Shown here in pieces: positions 25,754 to 37,600 of a DNA stretch of 64,000 nt. The notes under the pieces are model-generated. The model was not told where the DNA came from and ran no database searches. It worked only from the letters and a program-made list of their open reading frames with translations. The stretch comes from Dimargaris cristalligena (lineage: Eukaryota): assembly GCA_003614675.1 (NCBI GenBank), contig ML002220.1, forward strand, positions 1 to 64,000, in the 5' to 3' direction. The position numbers and the translations under genes are program-made. Every line of letters starts with the position of its first letter. Positions within the stretch are counted from its first letter, which is position 1.

Positions 25754-26401
25754 TTAGGAACTGGCGGAACGCAGGTACATGGACCCAGACCCGGTGCAGT
25801 AGTCAGTTCCCGAGCGCATAAACCCCGACTGGGCCAGGTTGAACACGGGAGGCGCGACGCGGTACATGGTGGGCGGGTGGGCCGACGCGGAACCAAAAGC
25901 GCTATGGAAATGAGGGGCAGCCATCGCGGCTCCACCTCGACGGGGCGATAGGGTGTTATTATGAGTGGAGGGGGATGCCACCGGGGTTGTCGTGGCCGTG
26001 GACGACGAATAGGCGTAGTAGGAACCGGGCGCCACTCGGGGCTGAATAGAGATGGGGCGGGTTGAGTTATACAAATGGGCAAGGTTGTTGTTATTGGTGG
26101 TGGTGGTATGCGATGAAGGGTGTTGTTGGAGGGCGTACAAGTTGCCACTGGCGGGCGAAGCCTTCAGGGCCGGGGATAGAGTGGCTGAAGAAGGTGCTGC
26201 TGCGGCGGAGGAGTAGTAGTGGGTGCCCGCCGACGCCAACGACGAAGACGATGACGTGAGCCGGGGGGAGGCGCAGGGCGACAACAGGGTACTGGCCGAG
26301 TCGGCGTCGATGGCTTCGCAAGTTTCACTGCAGTAAAGCGAGGAGTCGCCGTACAGCGAGTCAATGTGCTTGTCGCAGACGATGCACCAGTTGATATCCA
26401 T
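25754..26401 (-). CDS. Ecl1-family (extender of chronological lifespan) zinc-binding protein, 215 aa, intronless
   Basis: N-terminal MDINWCIVCDKHI..SLYCSETCEAID fits the Ecl1 WCxxCDK..LYCSxxC..D motif, followed by a Ser/Thr/Pro-rich tail; ORF-track upstream extension starts at TTG and looks like UTR. Confidence 0.82.
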   Translation of the reverse strand: MDINWCIVCDKHIDSLYGDSSLYCSETCEAIDADSASTLLSPCASPRLTSSSSSLASAGTHYYSSAAAAPSSATLSPALKASPASGNLYALQQHPSSHTTTTNNNNLAHLYNSTRPISIQPRVAPGSYYAYSSSTATTTPVASPSTHNNTLSPRRGGAAMAAPHFHSAFGSASAHPPTMYRVAPPVFNLAQSGFMRSGTDYCTGSGSMYLRSASS

Positions 26402-26818
26402 GTTGACGGGGTAATTAAGGAGGGGCGAGAAGGGTAGATTATAAGAGGGATGCTGCCACGGTGGAGGAGGCGGACGTTGTCTTGTAAATAGACAGATATA
26501 TAAACGGTGCGGAGGGTGGATCGATTCTAATGGAGGAGGAGCGGATAGATAGCAAGGGTGGGCGAAGGGAACTGCTACCGGGATAGTGGGCGTAAAGAGG
26601 TCATTCAAATATATATTATATAAACTTGACAAAAAGAGAGTGCGGGATAGGGCAATAGTGGAAGGCTATAAGGTACGGGTCATTGGAATAGTTAATTGAA
26701 TAGATAGGGAGGAAAGAAGTAATGGTAATGAGAGAGGGACAGGACAGGAGGGAAGGGGCGCAGTTTGAAGCGAGAAGAAGGGGGTGAGTAAATGCCAGCT
26801 GGACGGGGGAAGGGCCGG

Positions 26819-26827
26819 GTATTTATA
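26819..26827 (-). promoter_or_regulatory. Probable TATA box of the Ecl1-like gene
   Basis: TATAAATAC on the minus strand ~420 nt upstream of the ATG, followed by a CT-rich leader. Confidence 0.45.
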
Positions 26828-28240
26828 CAAAGTCAGGGCCTAGGAAAGGCAATGAGGGCAGTCCCGGGTGGAATGGCGCCTTGCCTTTCCACCTGTCTAT
26901 ATGCTAAGCAAGCAGTTGATGATGATGGGTGAGTAAGTGGAAGGCGAGTCATCAAGGGAAAGAAGGGAAAAAGGGGGGAGGGTCTCTCCAACTATAGTAA
27001 TGGGGTGGTGGGGAGAGATGAGAAAAGGGACCATTGCGATGGCGGAATGGATGGCAGCGCTGATTGGCCCATGTGCCCTCGACCCCTCTTTCCCTATCAC
27101 TGCCATCATGCTATAGAGACCTACAGAGTATCATAGTGACCCATCATCATCATCATTATCATCTCTATATCCTGTGGCGAACGAGATGGGGGGAAAGACC
27201 CCACCCCCCCCTTTTGCCTGGTCTATATGCGCCATGTCCATCTCCATACATAATAGCTCCACTAAAACACTGCATTTACTTCCTCGCTAGTCCCTACTAT
27301 ATACTATACCTATGCCTTAGGCCCATCGTCCTTCAGGGGCCCTTCCCTTTCCTCTCCCTTTCTAGACCTACACCCACAGAGCCCAAAATAGATTAATGAT
27401 GACGCCGTCTCGAGGCCATCGACCACCGACATTCTATCTATATACATATATATAGAAGGAAAACGGAGAGAAGAAGATACACCGGTTGGAGGGTGGCAGT
27501 GGCGGAGAATATCTCTCAAACTAGGAAGGTGTGCGCCGACCCCCTTCTTCCCTACTACTACACCCCATGAATTCCCTATTCTCCATATACAACGTGCCGA
27601 ATCGAGTCCAACTAACGGTGGCGAAGGAGTGTACACCTCTCTAACTATCTAATGGGAGATTATGACGCGCGGAGTAAAAAGGAGGAGAGTGTAAAAGTAT
27701 AAGGCGAGGGGAATTGGTGCCACCCTCACGTATCAAATACCCCTCTCCTCTTCTCTCATGCCATATACTAATGCTAATACATCCCCACGGCCAAGCGAAA
27801 GGGTTCCAGCCCACTGTGTTTAAAGCTGGCTGTCAAAGGAGTAACGGGCCAACTCGAGACTTGGACTAGCAGCAATGTATATGTGGGTGGGTGGGCGTGG
27901 TGTGTAACCTTACTCTACTGTTGCTACTGTTGTGTGAGTGGGGAGGGCCCCTCCTCTTCCTAATCTCTCCTTCGGCGCCTCTTCTATTTTAGTTGCTACG
28001 GAACAACACGTACCACCACTACCATGGGCACTGACTGCGCCTGCTCCAAGCACCCCCCCCTGGTCTATTCCCCGGCCAATACATCTAACGTTATTTGGAC
28101 TGAAACTCCCGACCAATACTTTCAAAGGGTGTGTGGATCGTGAAAAACTGGGGTAACACGGTGTAGTAATTGGGAAATGGGGTGGACGAGCCACACCATA
28201 CAACGGATACACCCGAAATGACATTTGTAAGCAGCCTCCA

Positions 28241-31158
28241 CCACTACCCTACTATATCCCACCGCGGCGGCAGATACACACCAGAATATTAGACTCTTCC
28301 GCATCGAAGGAGAAGTGTGAGGGACTGGCGTCTTTGTGTACCCTCTCGGCTTCGACACTATAGACTATCAATTAACGATGACGGAGTCCAAGTTGGGCTG
28401 GCGAAGTGCAGAGAAGCCGATGATCTTCCCCCCTCCCTTCACTCCCTTTCTTTTCTGTTTCTCGGACTGTCTACTATCACCATCATCGATTAAGTTCTGC
28501 TTAATATTTCGGGTGGATCAGGGGGTTTGGTTTAGGCCAGGGTGGACGAGCGCGTCCCCCCACCACACACATGTACACACACACACATACACAACCCATG
28601 TAGGCTCGGAAATAGCCCGTCTGCCTACTTCTTGATCCTGACGGCTCACCTCATCAATTTGGCTGGGGTCGTAGCTACCCAATGATGACCGTCGAATCCT
28701 AAATGGTGAAGTGTAATGTTGTCTATAGGTAACGTCGAACTTTGATCTGCCCCCCCCCTTTCACCCATCTACTGAAGGAAATTATCATGTCGATGGTGGG
28801 GGACATCGCGCTAACCGTCGGAGCACTGGTTGGTTAAGCAAGTACCCTGCCCCATGTCACTAGTGTAGGGCCAAACAGGGTGGGATAGTTGAAGGAATCC
28901 CCCTTATTCCCAATACCAGTGCCAGTCCCATTACCGCATCCAAACGCCTGTCGAGACCAAAATATTAGCAATCTAGTCAAGGACACCGCAGCCCCCGCCC
29001 GATTGGCTAGTGTTCCACGGAACTCGCAGTCGTATCATAGTGTCCCAGCTCCCCACTTCCCACCTACCATTGTCGCCTAGCTTCAGTGGATAACCGAGCT
29101 GGTTGGCGTGCCAATAGTTTGTGGTCCTCCGTGACAGCTAGCCAACAACACCGCACCCCCACGTAAGATGGAAAGGTTCCTAAGAACCTTGTTGTGGTGG
29201 GTGAAGGGAGGGGAGAGGGGTGTGATTTCACCGGTTGAAAAGCATTCGGGGGGATCGGGTGGTGCACTCAATTAGCCAGGCTGATAATTAGACAGGATCC
29301 TTACGAACCCATACAGCGTCGCTGGCTTGCTTCTCGGGTGAATTATTCGTATTAGTTAATCCCGCTTTTCGAAGATTGTCGGTGGTCCACAACTCCTTTC
29401 GTTCGGGAAAAGTAGAATGTAATAGGGGGAGGGGAGTGAAGGATAATGGAAGTTGATTCTGGTATAGACTAATGAAGGGGCGCGTACTGGATAGATTTGA
29501 GTAGAGCTCGTCTATATATCGAGGGGGGGGGTCGGGCTATCTAGATTGTGGTGAAACGTAGGGACGGCTGAAAGTACCTATTTCCCTGTCCTCTGACCAG
29601 TTCACTAAGGTATACCTATAAATATGGATGTAGATGTAGGAATAGATGGACCGTATGTATTTTTGGGATCAGGCCCCTTCATTAGTCTATACCAGAATCA
29701 ACTTCCATTATCCTTCACTCCCCCACTACCCTACTATATCCCACCGCGGCGGCAGATACACACCAGAATATTAGACTCTTCCGCATCGAAGGAGAAGTGT
29801 GAGGGACTGGCGTCTTTGTGTACCCTCTCGGCTTCGACACTATAGACTATCAATTAACGATGACGGAGTCCAAGTTGGGCTGGCGAAGTGCAGAGAAGCC
29901 GATGATCTTCCCCCCTCCCTTCACTCCCTTTCTTTTCTGTTTCTCGGACTGTCTACTATCACCATCATCGATTAAGTTCTGCTTAATATTTCGGGTGGAT
30001 CAGGGGGTTTGGTTTAGGCCAGGGTGGACGAGCGCGTCCCCCCACCACACACATGTACACACACACACATACACAACCCATGTAGGCTCGGAAATAGCCC
30101 GTCTGCCTACTTCTTGATCCTGACGGCTCACCTCATCAATTTGGCTGGGGTCGTAGCTACCCAATGATGACCGTCGAATCCTAAATGGTGAAGTGTAATG
30201 TTGTCTATAGGTAACGTCGAACTTTGATCTGCCCCCCCCCTTTCACCCATCTACTGAAGGAAATTATCATGTCGATGGTGGGGGACATCGCGCTAACCGT
30301 CGGAGCACTGGTTGGTTAAGCAAGTACCCTGCCCCATGTCACTAGTGTAGGGCCAAACAGGGTGGGATAGTTGAAGGAATCCCCCTTATTCCCAATACCA
30401 GTGCCAGTCCCATTACCGCATCCAAACGCCTGTCGAGACCAAAATATTAGCAATCTAGTCAAGGACACCGCAGCCCCCGCCCGATTGGCTAGTGTTCCAC
30501 GGAACTCGCAGTCGTATCATAGTGTCCCAGCTCCCCACTTCCCACCTACCATTGTCGCCTAGCTTCAGTGGATAACCGAGCTGGTTGGCGTGCCAATAGT
30601 TTGTGGTCCTCCGTGACAGCTAGCCAACAACACCGCACCCCCACGTAAGATGGAAAGGTTCCTAAGAACCTTGTTGTGGTGGGTGAAGGGAGGGGAGAGG
30701 GGTGTGATTTCACCGGTTGAAAAGCATTCGGGGGGATCGGGTGGTGCACTCAATTAGCCAGGCTGATAATTAGACAGGATCCTTACGAACCCATACAGCG
30801 TCGCTGGCTTGCTTCTCGGGTGAATTATTCGTATTAGTTAATCCCGCTTTTCGAAGATTGTCGGTGGTCCACAACTCCTTTCGTTCGGGAAAAGTAGAAT
30901 GTAATAGGGGGAGGGGAGTGAAGGATAATGGAAGTTGATTCTGGTATAGACTAATGAAGGGGCGCGTACTGGATAGATTTGAGTAGAGCTCGTCTATATA
31001 TCGAGGGGGGGTCGGGCTATCTAGATTGTGGTGAAACGTAGGGACGGCTGAAAGTACCTATTTCCCTGTCCTCTGACCAGTTCACTAAGGTATACCTATA
31101 AATATGGATGTAGATGTAGGAATAGATGGACCGTATGTATTTTTGGGATCAGGCCCCT
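28241..31158. repeat. Near-perfect direct tandem duplication (28241-29678 and 29723-31158) with a 44-bp spacer
   Basis: Identical ORFs at offset 1482; only visible difference is a G run (9 vs 7 G at ~29523 and ~31005). Confidence 0.95.
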
Positions 31159-31628
31159 CCTCCTTCTTATCCATTTTAGGGCCTTATCGATGAGCCTGGA
31201 TTGCCCTTCAGTGAGCATCTATTATCGTGCTTACAATTGCTTTTCTTCTTCTTATATATTTTTTATTAAAAATATAAGATCCGGCAGTCGCATACCACTC
31301 TCGCTTCGTCCATCCCATTCTTTGTATGGTACGGGTTTGTTTGGGGGGTGCTGTGGCGCCGTTGCTGGAGGGGAGTATCAGGGTAAACGAAAGGGCGGCA
31401 GGCGGAGTCGAAATTCCAAGGAGCCTCCCACTCTCTCTCATACGAATCTGCGGAAGGGAAAGAAGAGGCTGTCAACACCAAGGAAATCTACTATTGTCTC
31501 TTCCACACCACTCCCTTCTTGGCCTCCTGTTCTTATCGATAGGCCAGCCAACCCTCAACTGCGAATTAACGAAGGGGCCAATGGATGATCCTGTCGCAGT
31601 CCATGATGATGAATCATAGCCCTCAAGA

Positions 31629-31697
31629 GGTAATGGTAATGGTATTGGTATTGGTATTGGTATTGGTATTGGTATTGGTATTGGTATTGGTATTGGT
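31629..31697 (+). repeat. Hexanucleotide microsatellite (GGTAAT)2(GGTATT)9
   Basis: Directly visible. Confidence 0.9.
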
Positions 31698-34600
31698 GCG
31701 TAAGTAGTAGGGGTCTATAATATGGGTGAGAGAGGGGGGTGGTGGACGGCTGGTAGTTGCGGCTGACCCCGTTTTTTGATTATCGAGTCACTGTGACCAC
31801 GAATCACCTAATCCACCAACCAATTAATTAATGACTTTGCCAACATGCCTTCCTTACTCTCTCCCCTTCATCTTTCCTTTCCTAACCAACCTAGGCCAGG
31901 TGCGCACATGATATCCGCTGCTCTCCCTAGTCCACAATACCTTTAGCCGAGTCCCCTCTCCCTATACACATCCACACCCAATCCCATATTCACTGTTGCG
32001 ACTGAGCTTTAGGCACTCATGTCCCCCATATACACACACACACACACCCCCTCGTGGGTTCCCAATCCAATGGCTCGGGCGGGTACCGAAGTAGGTGTCA
32101 TGGACAGTAGTGGCAGTCGGTGCTGGGGAGGAGGAAGCGTGTGCCCCCGTATCATCCGCCGTCGCAGCCGCTGAATCTAACTGGCTGGTTAATCGCCCGG
32201 GCTCCGCTCCGGTTTTCCGCGAGATACAGGAGTGAGCCGGGTGGGGGTAACGTTCCTCGCTCCACAGCCATTTGCCACCAGCTTCAAGTGACACAAGACA
32301 TAAACTAAACTAAAACGGCGATATAAATATATCCATGTATCTATCTATGTACGTATCCTTCGCCCGGTTTAGCTATTTAGGAGGAGTCACCCCCACATGC
32401 TTTTTGGAGATTGCCGGGGTAGGTGTTTCGGGCCAATGGGCTTGGTATTATTACAAGCACCATAGCGGGTGGTATTCAATGCTAGAAGGGCCGGCGGGTC
32501 AGGGTAGGAGAGGGCGAGTGAATAAAAGGGGGGGGGTATATGGGGGAAAGTGGTGGTCAATAGTTCCTCGGAATCATCGACCAAATGCGTTGCAGCTATA
32601 ATTTCCGCCTCATCCAGGGCACGTGTAGGTATTACTAAAGCCATAGGCCGGATGTAGGGAGAAGGAGGAGGAGGGAGTTTGGATTTGAAGCCCTATAACC
32701 CAGTTGTTGCCTAGGACTACTAGCCACCCGCCCGATACAATGGCTGGCGAGGGGCTAAAGAGAAGGTGGGGGCCGATTAGAGGGATTGGTGCTGTGTATC
32801 CGGCTTGGCACGGGGCAGGCCACAGACGAGAGGGGAGGGGGGCTTTTCCATTCGCTTGGTGCTTATCCACATCGCCCCGTCGCCCTAACATGAACCGGCG
32901 GCCCGGTCGTCAACTGAATACCAGTCATCATCTCACATGTGGGTAGAGGAGGGGGTGGAATTCAAGTCCCGCTTTTTGAAACAACACCCGTCAGCCTACG
33001 CGGGAGGGGGGGGGGCATCCCGGTCGCAGTCGCAGTCCTGGAAAAGGGTGGGATAACGGTCGACAGTATTGCCAGATTTCTCCTCGGTGCTATGGGCGTA
33101 GTATCCATAGTACCAAGTGACCAAAGGGTTATAGGCATCGCTGGCCTACTTCGGGTCACCACCACCACTGCCTACAACACCCATTATATTCTGTCCAGCT
33201 GTATACTATATTCCTTTACAATAGGATAGGATAGGGGTTTTGGCATCTCTTGGGTGGGTTCAGATACCGTGGCATTTTCTTTTTCTGGGCTGGTTTCATC
33301 GCAACAACATCAAACTCGGCCGGCTGATTTCGATTGCCTTTGCCATTCCAACGGTGAGACTATCCCCTAAAAAGTAAATTCGACTGTCGCGACAACCCTA
33401 AAGGTTAGCGGGTCTTCAGATTAGGGAAAGTCGTGGTTTCCCATCTCCTTCCCCATTCCAGCTCCCCTGTTTCAACCATGGCCTTTGGGTAAAGTACCAA
33501 GTCCTCCCCATATTCCTGGGACATTGGACCCCGCCCCAAACAATAATAGCAGTGATAGTAATAATCATAATAAATGATACGCCGCGGAGCTTGACTTCCA
33601 ACCGGGATAAAGTATCTCTATCTGGTGTGGTGATATCGACAACCTCCTCCCCTCCTTAAACCCTTGCCCCCCCCCCCAGAAAAAGAACAGGGCTCTAAAC
33701 TAAGTCTTCCCGCCGGATCTATTGTATCCGAGTAAACAGTCCTAGACAACCGAGCCGGCGTCAGTTTTCCCCTCCCCCACTCCCGCCATTCTCCCCCCAA
33801 AGCTGCGATACCTCACCGCCCTGTTTAGGTTACTTCCCCCAAAGACACAAAACCAAAACACGGGTCACGGTATACTTTGCTCCATGGGCGATACCACTTT
33901 ACAAGAATGGGGCAAATATATGGATGATGTTCATCATATATCCATAACATGGTGACCATTGTTCTATCGCACACCCATCCACGCACACAAGACACACACG
34001 CACACCGTGGCCATGGGTCTAAGTCTTCTTCTTTTATCTGACCCTACAGGTTTATTATGCTTTCCGGAAACATAAACCGTTCTATCCCGCGACCATACTC
34101 CGCTGCCTATCTAGGCGCTTGATGCATCTTCTGCCATTAGCAAACTAGGCATCTTCGTGTTTATAAATTTTCTTTACAGCCATCCCTCCTATTATATTCC
34201 CCCGTCCACCATCCCAATTTTATAAAAGGAAAATGATCGCCTGGGGCTGAAGTCGTTCGTTTAGGCACGGAGGCTATCGAGTTTGGGAACCACGGTGGGG
34301 CAACTTTCCCATTAAATCCCCCCCCCCAACTAAACTGAGCTGTACATGAGTTAGGATGTTATTTCGTGTGGGGAAAAGGGTGAAGGGGTCGTCGACCGAT
34401 ACTAAAAAGGGACTCTCCCTGGGATAACCCATAATTTTTTATAGGTAGAGAAGGTGGTATAGTAAAGTAGGGGGGCACAGCTGTTCCCAACCCCGGGTCA
34501 ACAAACGAACCTTGCGATTATTAAATGAACATACGGCAGGCGGTAACTGGGCCGGGTGGGACCTTAATGTCTTCTTCACACACGGGAAACACCAGTAGAC

Positions 34601-37600
34601 GGTTTTCACGCAACCCACCCACTCATCTATACAAGTTGAAACCTCCCTCCTGTAGATATAGTGCTGATGATTCCTTCGGAAGTGGGCCGTTGCCTATAGG
34701 TCGATGCTAAATAAATCCACCAAGTACCTGCCTACCGGTAATATACCGAAATATTTTCTGGATGGAAGGAGAGAAGGGGGCCTGCACTATCTATCATCTT
34801 CCGCGATGGATCGAATCTAAAGTCCGGGTGCTTCAAATAGGCTCACGTACCCGGAGAATCGTAACGATAGGGTGGGTTGCTCTAAGCAGCGGATCTAGAC
34901 CCTAGTTAATGCAAGATATCCGGATTGATGGTTATCATCCCTGGCTTTGCTTTGCCCTTTATCCGTCCACTCGGTTTGTTTTCCTACTGCACTTCCCCCC
35001 TCACATCGGGGTTAAATTACGTGCACGACAATTCGGTATTGCGTGTTTTGACCCGGCGGCACCCATGTCTTTCAACCCATGCGCGGTCGTTGAGAGGTGT
35101 GCCCGTGAATGTGCGCGGGGAATAGTAATGGTAATGGTAATGGTGGTGGTGGTGGTGGTGGTGGTAAGGGATGTAATGCAGACCTTAAATCACCGTCCCC
35201 ATGCCTTCTCCCATTATTTCTTAACTTTAATCCTTGGTGGGAGAGGGGGGGGTGGTAGTGGGGCTTGGTCAGGGATAGTCAGTGGGGCTGTGTTGAAGCC
35301 GAGCCCGGCTACTACCCAAGGATTCCCATTTAGGATACACCCCCTTCTATACAGGTGTAGGCAATGTCATGTTGCCGATATCAAGATTGATTAATGGAAG
35401 AAGTGATGTTCGGCATAAAACCAAGGGGATATAATAGAGGAGAGGGGGGGCGGGCGGTAGAAGCTGGACTGGAGAATATTCGTGAATTTCGGTGTTCCGC
35501 CGTTCTCGCTATTCCAGCCACCCAACCTCCTGGAATGGTGGTAATACTTAAACCCTTCTTACCAACTTGTCCTAACTCGCGGGCAAAAGGGGGAGGGTAT
35601 GGTTGATGGCTGTGATCAATCTCCGGGTGGGAAGCAACCAGCCGAGGCGATTAGGCAGGCTGGGGGGGGGGGGGGGGGCACGGAAATGGAGCCAAACTGA
35701 AGGGTCATCTGGGAAGGTACACACACCCCGCGCCTCCCTCCCATTCTTCACCGTCGGACCATGTCGAAGTGAAACGCGACTCTTTATGTACATATTATAT
35801 TTGGTATTCTCTCACACACCCACAACTAAAACCTTTTCTTCTATTCCTTTGATTTCGAATCTATTCTCCTTTCCCTCTTCCTCTCCCTCTCCCTCTCTCC
35901 CCACCCTATCCCCATTTCCATCTCCCTGGCATGGGTATGGAGCAAACAGCCACTAACCTAATTTCCCGTACATTTCTTGGCCATTTAAAAGTACGATATC
36001 TATATATAATACTAGTATATATCCCTTTAAATGTCTACACTATTGTCCATTAGGTTAAAATTCGGCAACCCCAGATAAGGGGGGCGGATGCGGATTTATC
36101 GAGAAATACAGGCCAACCAGTCTCCCCGCCTTTACCCCTTCTCTTTCAATCCGGCGGGAGGGAGGGGGGGGCAAGAGCAGTAGTCGTACAACTGGGTGTG
36201 CAGTATATCCCGGGCGCCACACCGGTGTATTTTTATGCGGCCTATTCTCCTTAGACACCCACCCCCTCTTTTTTTCTAATTTATTATTCACCCGTTTACT
36301 CACTCCCCTCATCCCTTATTCAAAAACAACCAGGGCTTCCCAATGCCACTTAATGAATAAAAACCCTGGGGAATCGGCGGGGAAAAGTAGTGTATGTAGG
36401 AGGTTCATTGCTTGGCCCCATGGCCATGCTAGTCATTGACAGGATTCCACTTCATTCACACACACACAACAGACACCCCCCCCCACACACACATATACAG
36501 ATAGACAGACACACAGACATACATGCACATCCGCCTATACACATTTACTCACGGAGTCCTACACTTCCTTTTGTATACATTCATTCATTCACCCGCACGA
36601 TTATCTGAATATCGGGACATCCATCAAACTATTCCACCCGGCGTGGTTTACAGGATGCTACTTAAACATTTGAGAAGGACAAGGAAGAGGAGGGTTGTTG
36701 ATGTTGTTTTCCTGTTTTATTTGGGAACGCAATAAGAGTGAACGAACCTGAGCGTGCGATATTCGTGGAGAATAAACGGTATGGGACACGGGATAGAAGG
36801 TATTAGAGTACTCGAATTAGCTGCTTACTATCCGCCCAGCTGAAAAACTAGTGGCGGGGTTTCCCACTCTGCTCCATTCCCCCTGGGCTGTAATAAACAA
36901 ATGTGTGTGTGGGTGTTGAGCGGTACCAAGCAAGCTATGGGGCGAGTAAATATGTACCTCGGCCCGGTACATTCTTTATCATTTTACGCATCCTCCTAAT
37001 ATTTATTATCGTCACCTGAAATGCATTCGCAGGTGGTATACTAGTCCTGGTGGCTGATGCCCTTCTCCGTTCGCGTATTGAGGCGGTTCAGTGGGTTACA
37101 GTAGGTCTCCCCCCAAGTCACGTTCCCGAGATACCATTCAGAATCCCTATAGTACAATGTATATCTCCTAGTTCTGTACATTAGTCCCACCACCACTACC
37201 TTGAATTTACTATTGATAACACCTATTCGACTATTCTAAATCCTTTTCTTAAATCCATTCGACCTGGGGATTCTATTCCCCGCTACAATATATATACACC
37301 CGATATGAGATTATCTTTCTCATTCTCCTGTTCCCGCCAGTCGGGGTGTTTCAAAAGTCACGTCGTCTCCCTCCTTCTCGTCCTTCCATATACCAATGAA
37401 ACGTACCCGTATTTTTAAATTTAAGCACAGTAATCGCAAGGGTCGAGGCGCGTGTCACACCATCACTGCCTTCACCACCACCACCATTATCGCCCAAAAT
37501 ACGCTCTATTCTATTCTATTCTATGATACACAAGCCCACTTCCGCCTGTCCTATCTCCCCCCCCCCCACACACATGCTCGCCCTCCTCCCTACCCCCGCC

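Noticed and set aside
28241..31158. Direct repeats as LTRs of a retrotransposon
   Set aside because: No TG..CA termini, PBS/PPT or internal gag-pol; the spacer is an inverted copy of internal sequence
31629..31697. (GGTATT)n as an interstitial telomere or CRISPR-like array
   Set aside because: Not TTAGGG-type and has no spacers; an ordinary microsatellite
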